Below are positions 1 to 12,854 of a DNA stretch of 64,000 nt, one piece after another. Location: the NCBI GenBank assembly GCA_951406725.2, contig OX597820.1:119474001-119538000 (forward strand), in the 5' to 3' direction. Position 1 is the stretch's first letter; every line of letters begins with the position of its first letter. The DNA is from Octopus vulgaris (Eukaryota). The translations under genes and the position numbers were made by a program. The notes beneath the pieces were generated by a model. That model saw nothing but the letters and a program-made list of their open reading frames with translations, did not search any database and was not told where the DNA came from.

Positions 1-349
1 CTTAGATCATCAAATAAATATAAATTATTAAGTGACGATCCATTGACAGTTATGTTTATAAGACAGTACACTATTTTAAATAATGTCTTATTAAATTATT
101 CAAAACAGACATCGTATGAAGGAATGCGTATATTTAATTACCTCAACCAATCCAAAGTGAGTGCTGATGAGTCATGAACCGCGTAAATTAGCAGCCTTCC
201 GTCAGTATATTCAATCTGACACAGTTTCTTCTCTCCCACACATCTGATCCTCTGCGTTTGAAACCCCAGGATATATCTAAAGTTTAATTGTTAATTATTG
301 GCATTCACGCAAGTATGCCGAAGCCTTTCGTGAATTATAAATGATGAAG

Positions 350-620
350 AGGGGGAAATATTTTAGGAAACGTTGTACAGTAAAAATCACCAAATTAATC
401 CGGAAAGAAGTACTTGACTCTCCGCGACTAAATCTCTCAGCGTCGTCTATGGCGTTCAACGAAGCCACATTCCTCGCGTGATATCTGCAATGACCTCTGT
501 ATGCTGGAACGAATGTTATATTCGCAGCTTGGTCGAGGGAAGGTAAACCAGGAAAAATATCTGTACATTTCTCTATAAAGTCAAGATGTTAACTGGACAT
601 CATACGTATATTTGATCAGT
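350..620 (+). pseudogene. Highly decayed RTE-clade LINE ORF C-terminal fragment
   Basis: Broken translation gives SQRRLW... and MLERMLYSQLGRGKVNQ, resembling the RTE 'QRRLRWLGH...LLYSQL..GKR..GRP' motif; stops and frameshifts present. Confidence 0.35.
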
Positions 621-1278
621 CAACATCACCCTAAATGTGAGAAAATCAGCGCAACTAACAATAGTACCGACAGCTCTTAAAAACGACAAAACACTGTATC
701 TAAAAGGAAATATGAATACATGGGTATCTCAAATATAAAGAAAAACAATCAGAATCGTTAGCTCACACACACTACCGACTATTTATCGCCCTTTAATATT
801 TAAATTTCAGATGTCTCTCTTTTGTCAAAGTTAACAAGAATTGTCATTTACGCTAAGGATTTTCTTTCTCTTTACAAGACCCTTTCGGGGGAATAAAGAT
901 TCACCTCGGTTCACTACAATAAATACATTATATGTTTTACATGTAGATGGCATCCTTAGGTAGTTTTCCCGATCTCAAAATTTTAAAATATTCTTTTCAC
1001 ACAAACTCTTACATTGGTGTCGATAGATCTTAATATCCAAGAGAAGCTAACTATTGCCACAACATGCCACTAAGTTTTGCTGTATTTGTCTACCTTTTTT
1101 AAGACATATCTGTTACATTTTTCTCTGCTTTCTCCCCAAAGTTTTTCCTTGCATTCCGTTAAACAATTTCCCTCAAACACTAAAGACAAACCATTTCCTT
1201 AAACTAAGTAGAAGTGATGTTTGATTCATACATAATGTATTTCATATAATCCTAAGCAAAGTGTAACATCTGCGCATA

Positions 1279-1472
1279 TCTATATACATACATACAAACA
1301 TACATACATACATACATACATACATAAATGCATACATACATACAAACATACATACCTACATAAATACATACATACATACATACATACATACATACACACG
1401 TACATACATACATACATACATACAAACATACATACATACACACGTACATACATACATACATACAAACATACA

Positions 1473-1504
<32 letters not shown>

Positions 1505-1730
1505 CATACATACATACATACATTCATACATACATACATACATTCATACATACATACATACATACACACGTACATACATACATACATACAAACATACATA
1601 CATACATACATACATACATACATACATACATAAATACAAACATACATACAAACATACATACATACATACATACATACATACATACAAACATACATAAATA
1701 CATACATATTTACGTACATCCATCCATACA
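1279..1730. repeat. (TACA)n tetranucleotide microsatellite
   Basis: Direct reading; source of the MYVC-repeat ORFs. Confidence 0.97.
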
Positions 1731-1743
1731 TAGAAATATTATC

Positions 1744-1930
1744 GCAGAAGTGGCTGTATGGTAAGAAGCTTCCTTCCAAACCATATGATTCCGGGTTCGG
1801 TTCTGCTTCGTGGCAACGTGGGCATGTATCTTCCAATATAGTTTCGAGCCGACCAAAGCCTTGTGAGTGGATTTGGTAGACGGAAACTAAAAGAAGCCCG
1901 TCAGATATATATGTATATCTAACTAACTAA

Positions 1931-2018
<88 letters not shown>

Positions 2019-2033
2019 TTATCTATCTATTTA

Positions 2034-2076
<43 letters not shown>

Positions 2077-2077
2077 C

Positions 2078-2113
<36 letters not shown>

Positions 2114-2360
2114 ACAATCTATTTATATAACATGTGTGTGTATGTATGTGTGTGTGCGCGCGTATGCTTCTTTGTGTTAGTTGCTTGGCAACTCGTGTTG
2201 GCGGGACTACTTCTCCGTAGCTTAGCGGTTCGAGAAATGAGGCAGATAGAATAGTGCCGTGCTTTAGAAAGCAAGCAATGGTCTCAATTCATTCGTCTAA
2301 AAATTCATCAAGGTGGTGCCCCACTACAGACGCAGTCTAGTGAGTGAAACAAGGAAAATA
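1744..2360 (+). mobile_element. SINE family A, diverged copy with expanded internal (CTAT)n/(CT)n/(TG)n
   Basis: Head GCAGAAGTGGCTGTATGGTAAG, body GACCAAAGCCTTGTGAGTGGATTTGGTAGACGGAAAC, decayed tail ..GAAACAAG. Confidence 0.85.
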
Positions 2361-2619
2361 TCAAACAATACACACACACACACATATATATATGAATACA
2401 CGCACACACACTTTTAATACTTTTGATATTTATATATAAAAATAAATAAATAAATAAATAAATTAATTAATTAATTAATTAATAAACAAAATAATATATA
2501 AATATATAAATATAAAAATATACATACATATATATATTTGTACAAATATATTTAAAATTTATAAGTTTAAATTATTTTAATAATTTTTTTAATTTTAACT
2601 TTTATATTTTAAAATTAAT

Positions 2620-2777
2620 TTTATGTATTGGCTTATGTTTTTCACTGTTTGATTTGCCTAATAGTGGTTTTATCTCTAATTTAATATAATATAATATAAT
2701 ATATTTATACTATGAAATTGGATTTAATCCTAAATCTAATTTTTCCCTGTAAGTTTGGATTTATTCCCTAATATTAT

Positions 2778-2780
<3 letters not shown>
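2620..2780. repeat. Dispersed (TA)n-associated repeat (copies at 18800-18950 and terminus at 59967-59999)
   Basis: Shared TTGCCTAATAGTGGTTTTATCTCTAATTTAA...TTTTTCCCTGTAAGTTTGGAT(T/A)TA(T/A)TCCCTAATATT. Confidence 0.85.
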
Positions 2781-2817
<37 letters not shown>

Positions 2818-3008
2818 TTAAAGATATTACTAATACAATTGAGTGGGGTACTCAACGGCTAATAACGTTCCAGGGAAACACGGAGTGGTTTAGGAACCCG
2901 AGGATGTACCTCATGAAACACGTGTTGCCAAGGAATAAAACAGTAGGTATTTAAAATAAAAATTAAAAAATCTTTTTATTTGGTGAGAAGTAGGTAATAA
3001 TATTTACC

Positions 3009-3106
3009 TCTTGTCGGAGGTAAATATTATTTAATAAAGACAGTATACATTTTTATGAACTACTAATAGTTGAATACGATGAAAACAACTCTGAGAACAT
3101 TTTCTG
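3009..3106. repeat. ~95-bp dispersed repeat, second copy at 5228-5325
   Basis: TCTTGTCGGAGGT(A/G)AATATTATTTAATAAAGACAGTATACAT...GATGAAAACAACTC in both places. Confidence 0.85.
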
Positions 3107-3191
3107 ACATCTCTAAATTAAAATATATTTCTTCATTGAGATAATTTACCTCTGTTATGCCGGAATTGTTATTCCCTAACACATAATATTT

Positions 3192-3235
<44 letters not shown>

Positions 3236-3538
3236 ATTCATAAATAAGGGCAAACGAAACAATTTCTAATGCCAAATATGCCGAAAAATTGGACATATTG
3301 TCCATTAACCAAAATAATTTTTTCACAATATGCACGCTACTCGAAAAAAGGTCGACAGAAATTTCTAAAAAATTCCATTATTACCATATCGAACCGATTT
3401 CAGGGTTAGTTCATAAGAGCCCTCCCTTCCTCGGAGTAAGAGAGTCCGGAAGTGAACGTTTAAATTTATATCTATATAAATATATATATTTATATCTATA
3501 TATATATATATATATATATATAAATATAAAGATTTATA

Positions 3539-3587
<49 letters not shown>

Positions 3588-3980
3588 AGAGAGTGTGTGT
3601 TGGCGAGGGTGAGAGAGAAAGTAGATTGTAGGCCTAAATACTGAGACAGCGAAAAAGACAGAGAGACTTGTAGAGAAAAGCAAAATGGAGGAGGAATGCT
3701 AAACTCAAATGTGAATGAGAAGGCAATGATCCGAAATGAATGTTAGACAGTAATCTAGGCAACACTCTAACAGCTCGAATAACCAGCCTTTCTGTCGTAC
3801 ATTATGCATTGCTTAAAACTGAGAAGACACTCAGAACAAATGCTCTATTTCTAAGTAATACACGTGCTCCAAAACGTGTGATATAGAAATTCAAGACGGA
3901 TTCATCAGAGTTTCGCCTTGATGAGCATATTTTTCATAGCTTCATGTATTTTAGTAATTTTTATTGTTAGTGCTTTATCG

Positions 3981-4406
3981 GGATCCTTTCGGTTTGAACG
4001 GCAGTTTTTTCTAGCGGTGTCATATGAAATTGTCACCCATAATTATGACCCTAGTATCGATCTATTGCATTTCAATCTCTTTTAGGGTTAGGGTTAGTTA
4101 GGGTTAGGGGTGGGGGAAGGGTATCTTTTTTTCTTCACAAATGTAAATAAACCCAATCTGTTTCTTAAACGAGTGACACATTCATACGGCACAGAATACT
4201 CTTTAACTCAATAGACGTCACTGATTGGTTGAAATTGCAGAAATTGAAGAAAAAAACAACAAATATCTTACAAACTTATAGAATTTTCTCAATAAAGCCA
4301 AGAGAAAAAGATGTTTTATAAACACATTCTACCAGTATACGAAGTTTAAATTTTGTTAGTTACCTAGAATTTATGTTAAAAACCGCCGTTCAAACCGAAA
4401 AGATCC
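3981..4406. mobile_element. Non-autonomous DNA transposon (Merlin-like MITE) with internal TTAGGG repeats
   Basis: TIR GGATC(C/T)TTTCGGTTTGAACGGC; 8-bp TSD CTTTATCG (3973-3980, 4407-4414); GG..CC ends with an 8-bp TSD fit Merlin. Confidence 0.85.
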
Positions 4407-4799
4407 CTTTATCGGATATATTATTGTTTTCAGCCATGTCTGTTTGTTTTTCCGTGGACAAGATATCTCAAGAACTGTTGGATAGATTCGGATGAAACGT
4501 TCAAGAATGTTTGGCCTCGTGTTGAGAGAAATGTCGGACAGTGTGGTTCCTCTGTTACCCCTAGTAGCCATCCTGTATCAGAAGGGCTACCTCTCTCTGA
4601 TCCCACACCTTTATCATAAAGCCTTTGTATGCTACGTATACGTCCCTTCTTTTTCCTTGTACACCTGTATACTTACTCCCTTATTTTAAAAATTTTATTT
4701 ATATATTCTGTCATTTCATTTCATTATATGTAAGCCCCACACTTTAGGTCTGTTTTTATTGTGTCGTTCATCCGTCACCCATGTGACAAATAAATGAAA

Positions 4800-4858
4800 C
4801 TATTATTATTAATAGTGTTAATATCAGTAGTATTAGTCGTAGTAGTAGCATTATTAGA

Positions 4859-4927
<69 letters not shown>

Positions 4928-4931
4928 GGTA

Positions 4932-5022
<91 letters not shown>

Positions 5023-5045
5023 CAGTAGTAATAGTTGTAGTAGTA
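4800..5045. repeat. Compound trinucleotide microsatellite (ACT)n-(ATT)n-(AGT)n
   Basis: Direct reading. Confidence 0.95.
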
Positions 5046-5122
5046 TCTGTGTATGTTGTATGGCATGCACTGTAGTTAAAAAGTAAAGATCCAAGCCAAT
5101 CCTCTGAGGTGTGTGTATGTGT

Positions 5123-5178
<56 letters not shown>

Positions 5179-5714
5179 ATGTAGTATACTGTTCCGTGAA
5201 GGTCATGTGAACAAAAATGTACTCCATCTTGTCGGAGGTGAATATTATTTAATAAAGACAGTATACATTTTTATGAACAACTAATAGTTTAATACGATGA
5301 AAACAACTCAGAGAGCATTTTATGAAACGTCTTGTCCCTTCGTACAATCCTCAGGCTCTGCCCACCTGGCGTTACATGCTAGAAGAGGACGATAAACTAA
5401 CAGAAAATAGGAGAATAGGCGAGAGGTAGATGTAAAGGCTGGAAGATAGAAAACACCGGGAAACGAAAGGAAAAGGAAATTAGGAAAAAGAAAATAAAGG
5501 GGCTGTTATATTTATGTCCTCGTCATGAGGCTGAATGGATACAGGCTTAGAGTCTGCCGTACGGCTGCTTAATCCGAAGTGGGTAGGATTTTCTAATTCC
5601 CCAACAGGAACATTTCTAAATGTTATTATATCCGCTGAAATTATCAGATCTGGAATTCAGCAATGAGTTCTTAGTTCTATGAGCTTTCCCCGTAGATATA
5701 TGGTGTGGACTTTT

Positions 5715-6106
5715 ACTTGTTTCAGTCATTTGACTGCGGCCATGCTGGAGCACCGCCTTTAGTCGAGCAAATCAACCCCGGGACTTATTCTTTGGAAGCT
5801 CAGTACTTATTCTATCGGTGTCTTTTGCCGGACCGCTAAGTGACGGGGATGTAAACACACCAGCATCGGTTGTCAAGCAATGCTAGGGGGACAAACACAG
5901 ACACACAGACACACACACGCATACATATATATATACATATATCCGACAGGCTTCTTTCAGTTTCCGTCTACCAAATCCACTCACAAGGCATTGGTCGGCC
6001 CAGGGCTATAGCAGAAGACACTTGCCCAAGATGTCACGCAGTGGGACTGAACCCTGAACCATGTGGTTGGTAAGCAAGCTACTTACCACACAGCCACTCC
6101 TGCGCC
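5715..6106 (-). mobile_element. SINE family A, full length (tRNA-derived head, CORE-like CTTGGGCAAGT segment)
   Basis: A-box TGGCTGTGTGG, B-box GGTTCAGTCCC; 14-bp TSD TGGTGTGGACTTTT at 5701-5714 and 6107-6120. Confidence 0.95.
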
Positions 6107-6792
6107 TGGTGTGGACTTTTTAATTATTTCCCACTTGATTGTATGTGGTGTGACTGACCAACTTATTGGCTTATTTTTGACACTGTACTGGAAGAAAGAT
6201 AAGTCGTAAACGTAGCAATTTCTGGATTCACCTTCACATAACTCGATGGAACTCTCCTTCTCAGTTATTTTATCATCTGGCATTGTGGTAACTTTTGCCT
6301 CACATATGACGGCCTTAATCATGCATCACTGGTCGAGTGGACAGTTACCTGGGTCTCAACAGTTACAATTGCGAGTAGGCTCATGATGGCGCTAAAGTGT
6401 AATTATGTTTATCATATTGTGGCAGTACTTGAGCGCTTATTGAATGTTTTCTATTCTGTGCCTTTGATTTGCAGGAAAATGTTTGTTTAAGATACACAGG
6501 AATATATTACTTATGTAGCTTTTAACATTAAGAGAAAGAAACAGGATCCGGGAAGTCTCCATACATGACACCAACTGTTAACGAACACTAAATATCCCAC
6601 AGCAGGAAAGGCATCTTCGCCCCGAAGTAACAAAGAGTTGTAGATACAGATATTTCGCCATTATTATCCTTATCAATGTCATGTACCCAGGATAACCTGG
6701 GAACGAAATTAATCGACCGTCAAGGACACATAAGCGAATAGTGTGAAGTGTATTTGTTGCGGCGTACAAATTAAAAGGATCTGTGGAAGCGT

Positions 6793-6828
<36 letters not shown>

Positions 6829-6875
6829 CGTTTATATATATATATATATACGTAAATACACCCGCGCACACACAC

Positions 6876-6957
<82 letters not shown>

Positions 6958-7069
6958 ATATATATATATACATGTTTCTATATAAGTGTTTGATTTCGTT
7001 CTTCTCTCTTTCTCTTCATATATATATTTATATAGAATTTTATATACTACATGTATATGTATTAATGTG

Positions 7070-7103
<34 letters not shown>

Positions 7104-7131
7104 GTGTATGTGTATAAGTATGCATGCATAT

Positions 7132-7181
<50 letters not shown>

Positions 7182-7896
7182 AAGCTCAGTGTCTTTATAC
7201 ATTGAGAATGGCTACTTTGAATATGAAACAAAGTATGAAATGTTACTTTTGTGAAACGCATTAATATCAGGCCGATAGATATCCAATGCAATTTTCTTTT
7301 TTACTTTGTCGCGACATTAGTGGTTTGAATCTAACACAAAGTTCATCAGAATATTGGAGATAAAAATAATCCGGTTAATATCTCTCGGTTTTATAATTTC
7401 ATCAATCAATGCAATGATCAGTGAAATATTCTTTCGTGATGCTTATCTTCATGTAAACAGAAGCGGGCATTTTCAGATAACAAAAGGCTATTTATTCGTA
7501 CGTTCGACATAACCGAATCTTTATTGTACACAGAATTGTGTCTATGGCATTGTGTAGTGAATGCTGTTATTGTTAAAAGCAGTTATTTTTATGAGCATAT
7601 CAAATTATTTTTACTGATCAAACACGTTGAATATCTTCCTGGAATGGTGAGCAGTAAAGAAAGGAAATATCGAAAGAAAGATAGTGTATACGAGAGAATA
7701 TTTTGTCCAGAGAAACATTAGTCATGGCGAAGGCAGTATCAAACAGAGTAATAAGTATATGCAGGTCGATGTGTGATTCTATGTCGGAATTATTTAAGTC
7801 GGATAATCAGATGACAAATCACAATCATACACTTCGATCTATTTTCTTGTCTCGTTCACCAAAGTAAATATACTTCCTTCTCAACAATCTCCATAT

Positions 7897-8122
<226 letters not shown>

Positions 8123-8277
8123 TCATATAAAAAAAAACACACAAATTTCCACACAGGAACACGGGGTTTTTACCCTTGGCATGTAGCTTCAACCGTGTTT
8201 TCTGACGTGAATTTGCTACCCAGGTATCGATTAACCGAATTATCCATACTAGGATTAATTCATTCACCTACTTAAAT

Positions 8278-8353
<76 letters not shown>

Positions 8354-8784
8354 TAAATATAGGTGGCGTCTTCATTGGTCAAGTATAGCAGTCAAGCAAT
8401 CAATGTGATTTCGGTTGGTATATTCTCACTATTACATAATTTATCTAAAACAAAGACTTTTAACTCCATAGAGCTTGTAACAACTCATACGAATAGATTC
8501 CACAGTATTTTTATCTGACTTCCGATTCTTGAGGTTCGCTTAGCTTGCAGTGACGTATAAAACTATTGCATAATCTTATATCGAGACTTTAGACCTAATG
8601 ACGAGTCTATTACTAAGCAACTGTAGATCTCTTGATCTTTTGAATGTATATTTTTGTGCTCAGTGGAATTGGTAGAATTAGCAGGTGTGTCTCCATTAAT
8701 TCACCCTCTGTCAGAAAAAGGATTACGAACACTTTGGATGATGTCGATTTCAGTAGTCGAGTGGTGGTTGTGGTGGTGGTGGTG

Positions 8785-9007
8785 TGCTGGCAGAAACGTT
8801 AGCACGCCCGGCGAAACGCTTAGCAGTATTTCGTCTGCCGTTACGTTCAGAGTTCAAATTCCGCCGAGGTCGACTTTGCCTTTCATCCTTTCGGGGTCGA
8901 TAAATTAAGTACCAGTTACGCACTGGGTCGATGTAATCGACTTAATCCGCTTGTCTGTCATTGTTTGTCCCCTCTGTGTTTAGCCCCTTGTGGGTAGTAA
9001 AGAAATA
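8785..9007 (+). mobile_element. SINE family B (tRNA head + Meta-like domain), monomer
   Basis: TGGCAGAAACGTTAGC A-box region, GAGTTCAAATTCC B-box, GCCTTTCATCCTTTCGGGGTCGATAAATTAAGTACCAG central domain, tail ..AAAGAAATA. Confidence 0.92.
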
Positions 9008-9021
9008 GGTGGTGGGGAGGC

Positions 9022-9217
9022 GAACATAAACACACACACATACACGTGTACATATACGGCGGACTTCTTTCAGTTTCCGTCTACCAAATACACTGACAAG
9101 GCTTTGGTTGGTTCGAGGCTACAGTAGAAGAAACTTATTCGAGGTGCCACACGGTGGGACTGAAGTCGGAACCATATTGTTCGGAAGGTAGCTTACCAAA
9201 CAGCCACGCCTGAACCT
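9022..9217 (-). mobile_element. SINE family A, 5' half, diverged
   Basis: CTTCTTTCAGTTTCCGTCTACCAAAT...CAGCCACGCCTG. Confidence 0.85.
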
Positions 9218-9249
9218 ACTGTGTAACTCTTCTATTCTCTTTTTGCAGC

Positions 9250-9403
9250 TCTTTTTTCCTTTTTACGATCCCTTTTGATCGAAAACCTACGCCACCCTAT
9301 TCTTTTGTTTTTTGTTGGGTTTTTTTTTCATCGCCCAAAAGAAAAGCTCTACCTTGTAACTTGTCCCATCAGTGTGCAGCCCTGTGTGGCCAATAAAGAA
9401 ACT
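9250..9403 (+). mobile_element. 5'-truncated non-LTR retrotransposon 3' end (probably Tx1/L1-type 3'UTR)
   Basis: 17-bp TSD TATTCTCTTTTTGCAGC (9233-9249, 9404-9420); T-rich UTR ending GCCCTGTGTGGCCAATAAAGAAAC. Confidence 0.75.
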
Positions 9404-10009
9404 TATTCTCTTTTTGCAGCGTCACCATGACTATTGGTGAAGTGAAAGAAACAATGATGAAGGACATAAGTGGTAGTTTAAAATCACTTAACTAACCGTT
9501 CTCTAGTTATTGATTTACACAATTTCCAATGATATGAGGGAGACAGAACGCTGCTAGTCACGTGGCTGAACTACATATAATTACGTAACAATCCCTAATA
9601 TCAAGAACAGATTACCTTTCAGGTCACTGTGTCATATAGTAAATACTAGTAATGTAGGGAAATAAATGAAAAATATATCACTACTTCTTTACAATGCAAT
9701 GGGATTAATATAAATGACTGACATATAATTCTACCCACCATTTTGAAAACTAGTCGCAAGCATTTGTAAGATTTCTGACGGGTTTAGCTTATTGGTAACA
9801 AAACGATCCACTGGAAAGACATTCCGGATATTCTCAACTCTGTTACATGTTCACAAAAATGAACTTGAAAGGAAGGAATCTACTCCCTCTAGATGTAAGT
9901 TTGTTTCTGTAATGTTGATGTACGTATAGCTGTAAGAGGAAATATTAATGAGAAATTGATCAGTTATTCGTTAGTTATAACTGGAAACCACATTCTGAGG
10001 AATTATATA

Positions 10010-10164
10010 CATTATTTACATTATTTACACTTGACGGATATTTATCCTCATCTTGTTTGTTGTTAACACAACGCTTCGGCTGATATATCCTCCAGCCTTC
10101 ATCAGGTGTTTTGGGGAAATTTGGAACCTGTGTTCTCATTCCTAAGGTATGTTATTATTATTTA

Positions 10165-10207
<43 letters not shown>

Positions 10208-10320
10208 ACTCGGAATCTTGGAGTTAGTAGCCCGCGTTCTTAACCACCACGCCATATGTCCGTGCGCAATTATGGAGTGAATTTTAGGGTTTATAAATCT
10301 AATATTTTCCTATCCTTTCA
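10010..10320 (-). mobile_element. Composite element: tRNA-like head + (AAT)n + minimal type I hammerhead motif + (TGTAAATAA) tail
   Basis: Minus strand: TATGGCGTGGTGGTTAAGAACGCGGGCTACTAACTCCAAGATTCCGAGT-(AAT)n-...AACAC-CTGATGA-A-GGCTG..CAGCC-GAAGC-GTT-GTGTT. Confidence 0.7.
10066..10110 (-). ncRNA. Minimal type I hammerhead ribozyme motif (GAAA box mutated to GAAG in this copy)
   Basis: Stem I AACAC/GTGTT, core CUGAUGA, stem II GGCTG/CAGCC, near-palindromic short helix III. Confidence 0.7.
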
Positions 10321-10521
10321 CTTTGTAGCCTAGGTCTATATATTCTTAATTCCAGTTCAGTCATCAGTATTACAGGTTACATGTAAGTGAATCGAGGACG
10401 GAGTCACTACCCGCTCGTTCGAAATGTCAGACATAACTTCTGATGTCAGACATAAGTCTGACATAAGTCTGATGCCTTATATAAAAAAAAAAACGAAACA
10501 GATAATATCTAAGATAAACTA

Positions 10522-10688
10522 GGCGCAGGAGTGGCTGTGTGGTAAGTAGCTTGCTAACCAACCACATGGTTCCGGGTTCAGTCCCACTGCGTGGCACCTT
10601 GGGTAAGTGTCTTCTACTATAGCCTCGGGCCGACCGAAGCCTTGTGGATTTGGTAGACGGAAACTGAAAGAAGCCCGTCGTATATATG

Positions 10689-10724
<36 letters not shown>

Positions 10725-10947
10725 CGTGTATGTTTGTGTGTCTGTGTTTGTCCCCCTAGCATTGCTTGACAACCGATGCTGGTGTGTTTACGTCCCCGTC
10801 ACTTAGCGGTTCGGCAAAAGATACCGATAGAATAAGTACTGGGCTTACAAAAAAGAATAAGTCCCGGGGTCGACTTATTCGATTAAAGGCGGTGCTCCAG
10901 CATGGCTGCAGTCAAATGACTGAAACAAGTAAAAGAGTAAAAGAGTA
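10522..10947 (+). mobile_element. SINE family A, full length
   Basis: GGCGCAGGAGTGGCTGTGTGG head through (TAAAAGAG)n tail. Confidence 0.95.
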
Positions 10948-11927
10948 TATCTGACAAAGCAGGCGCTACACATGTTTGGAACATCTTTAACTAAAAGTTT
11001 ACATGTTCCTGTCTGGTTTGGTATTCGGCTCAATAACATTTTGTTTATTGTAGGGCCATAAGGAAGAAAAAAGACATGAAGCATAACAAGACGAAGCAAC
11101 AAGGAACACATGATATGCTTAGCAACACTGCTAATGTAAGAACCCTGGAACCATAAAAACAAGAACATTTAACAAATATAACAACTAAAGAGGATATCTA
11201 GAGAGTCAGTGAGAACCATAACAGCTACGGGAAGAACAACAATGGCGCTGAATAGATGGTGCTTCTATATAGAAGAAAACTTTGCAATCGTGTTATATTG
11301 TCAAACTGAATAATGAAGTCCCTCTATCATCTTTAAAAAACAAATGTTAAAGTAGATAACTTAGTTAATCATTCATATACTACAAATGATGGGAACGTCA
11401 CTTCTGGAAGGCCGTTGAATGTGTGCAGCTTGATCGACGACTCTAGTTAAAACAACAACAGCGAATAGAAAAAAACATGTAAAAGTGAAGTGCATTGACA
11501 ACAATACCAAGAGCAACAAGAAAAAAATAAAAAAGAAGTAGAACCATGACATGTAGAATCACACACAAGAATAATCGAATCAATAACTGCATTACAAACC
11601 AGTCCAAAGAACAAGCAAAAAGGCCTCACCGCTGCCCCAGCCGCCCAACCACCCAAAAGTTCAGAGAAACAAGTGATGTTTATTTCTGACAGAATTAATA
11701 AAATAGGTGAGAAACGTAACCCCCGCACCGAATTTACAGTTAGACAACTCGGCTTTCCATTCCTTAGATTTTAGCGTTTATTTTTGATGCCTTTTTTTGA
11801 GTATAAACCATGAAACGTTTTAGCAGTATAACATCGTAATAAGAAAGATTGTGTTCTGTGGCGCCAAAGTCTATCATCTAGTCGTGAAGCATTTGCTATC
11901 TCTCTCTCTCTCTCTCTCTCTCTCGCT

Positions 11928-11975
<48 letters not shown>

Positions 11976-12191
11976 GTCTCTATCTATATAAAACAAACCG
12001 ATAATAGTGGTAGTCAACGTTATTGAGAAACAACCATTGCTGGAAAATTCTACAGACCCACATTCTGGAATGTTACAGAAAGATCCACCTCTTGGACGAA
12101 TATCTGTACAGGACCGAGTAGAGGAGGAGAGAAAGAAGGCAAGATTTGGGATGAGGGACTGCTTATGCAGTGCATTTCAGACAGATCTACA

Positions 12192-12224
<33 letters not shown>

Positions 12225-12854
12225 GCATTTATAATATAAATAGACACACACACACCATTTTGGAATATGCTTGATAGTAGCAACTTGGAGCTGAATTTCT
12301 CAATCACGGAATCCTTCACCTAATCCAGTGTACCCAAAGCCTTGGTTACATCACACACACACACCACTTTTCAATACCAACCTGCTGTTATTTCTAGCAG
12401 GCTGGTAACAGGCCGTCGATAATATTACTTTCATACGATACTTAACCCCGTGCATCCAGTTATCATCCACACTCAACCTAGAGATGTCACATCAAACCAA
12501 AGCGACAGCCGTAAAAGCTGATCAGTTAAACATTCTATAATTAAAAAGAAAGGATGTGATTTCTTTTCATACGACACCTACAAAATCAGTTTATATATTT
12601 ATCACATATTATTTCAAAGTCACCCGCTTTATTCTCACAAAGTTCGACTTAGATCCTCAAAACCTCTGCATATTGGTATCTCCATATATCACTGCCGATC
12701 GCTTCTGGTGATATCTCATCGACAATATCTAATGAAAACAGCATTGGGAAGTATTGACCTTCATTACTGCAAAATTTGCATCGTTTTTGAAACACTGCTG
12801 TTTTTTTTTTTTACAGGCGTAGGAGTGGCTGTGTGGTAAGTAGCTTACTTACCA

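Noticed and set aside
160-200. CTGATGAG hammerhead core
   Set aside because: No stem II plus GAAA box or stem I pairing found
4082-4120. Telomere or fusion site
   Set aside because: Only a few TTAGGG units, internal to a MITE present three times
5870-6073. Recurrent short ORFs such as EDTCPRCHAVGLNPEPCGW and SRRHLPKVPRSGTEPG
   Set aside because: Antisense translations of SINE-A, recurring only because the SINE recurs
11440-11760. Gag-like Q/K-rich stretch
   Set aside because: Stops present, no zinc knuckle or LTR; similarity too weak
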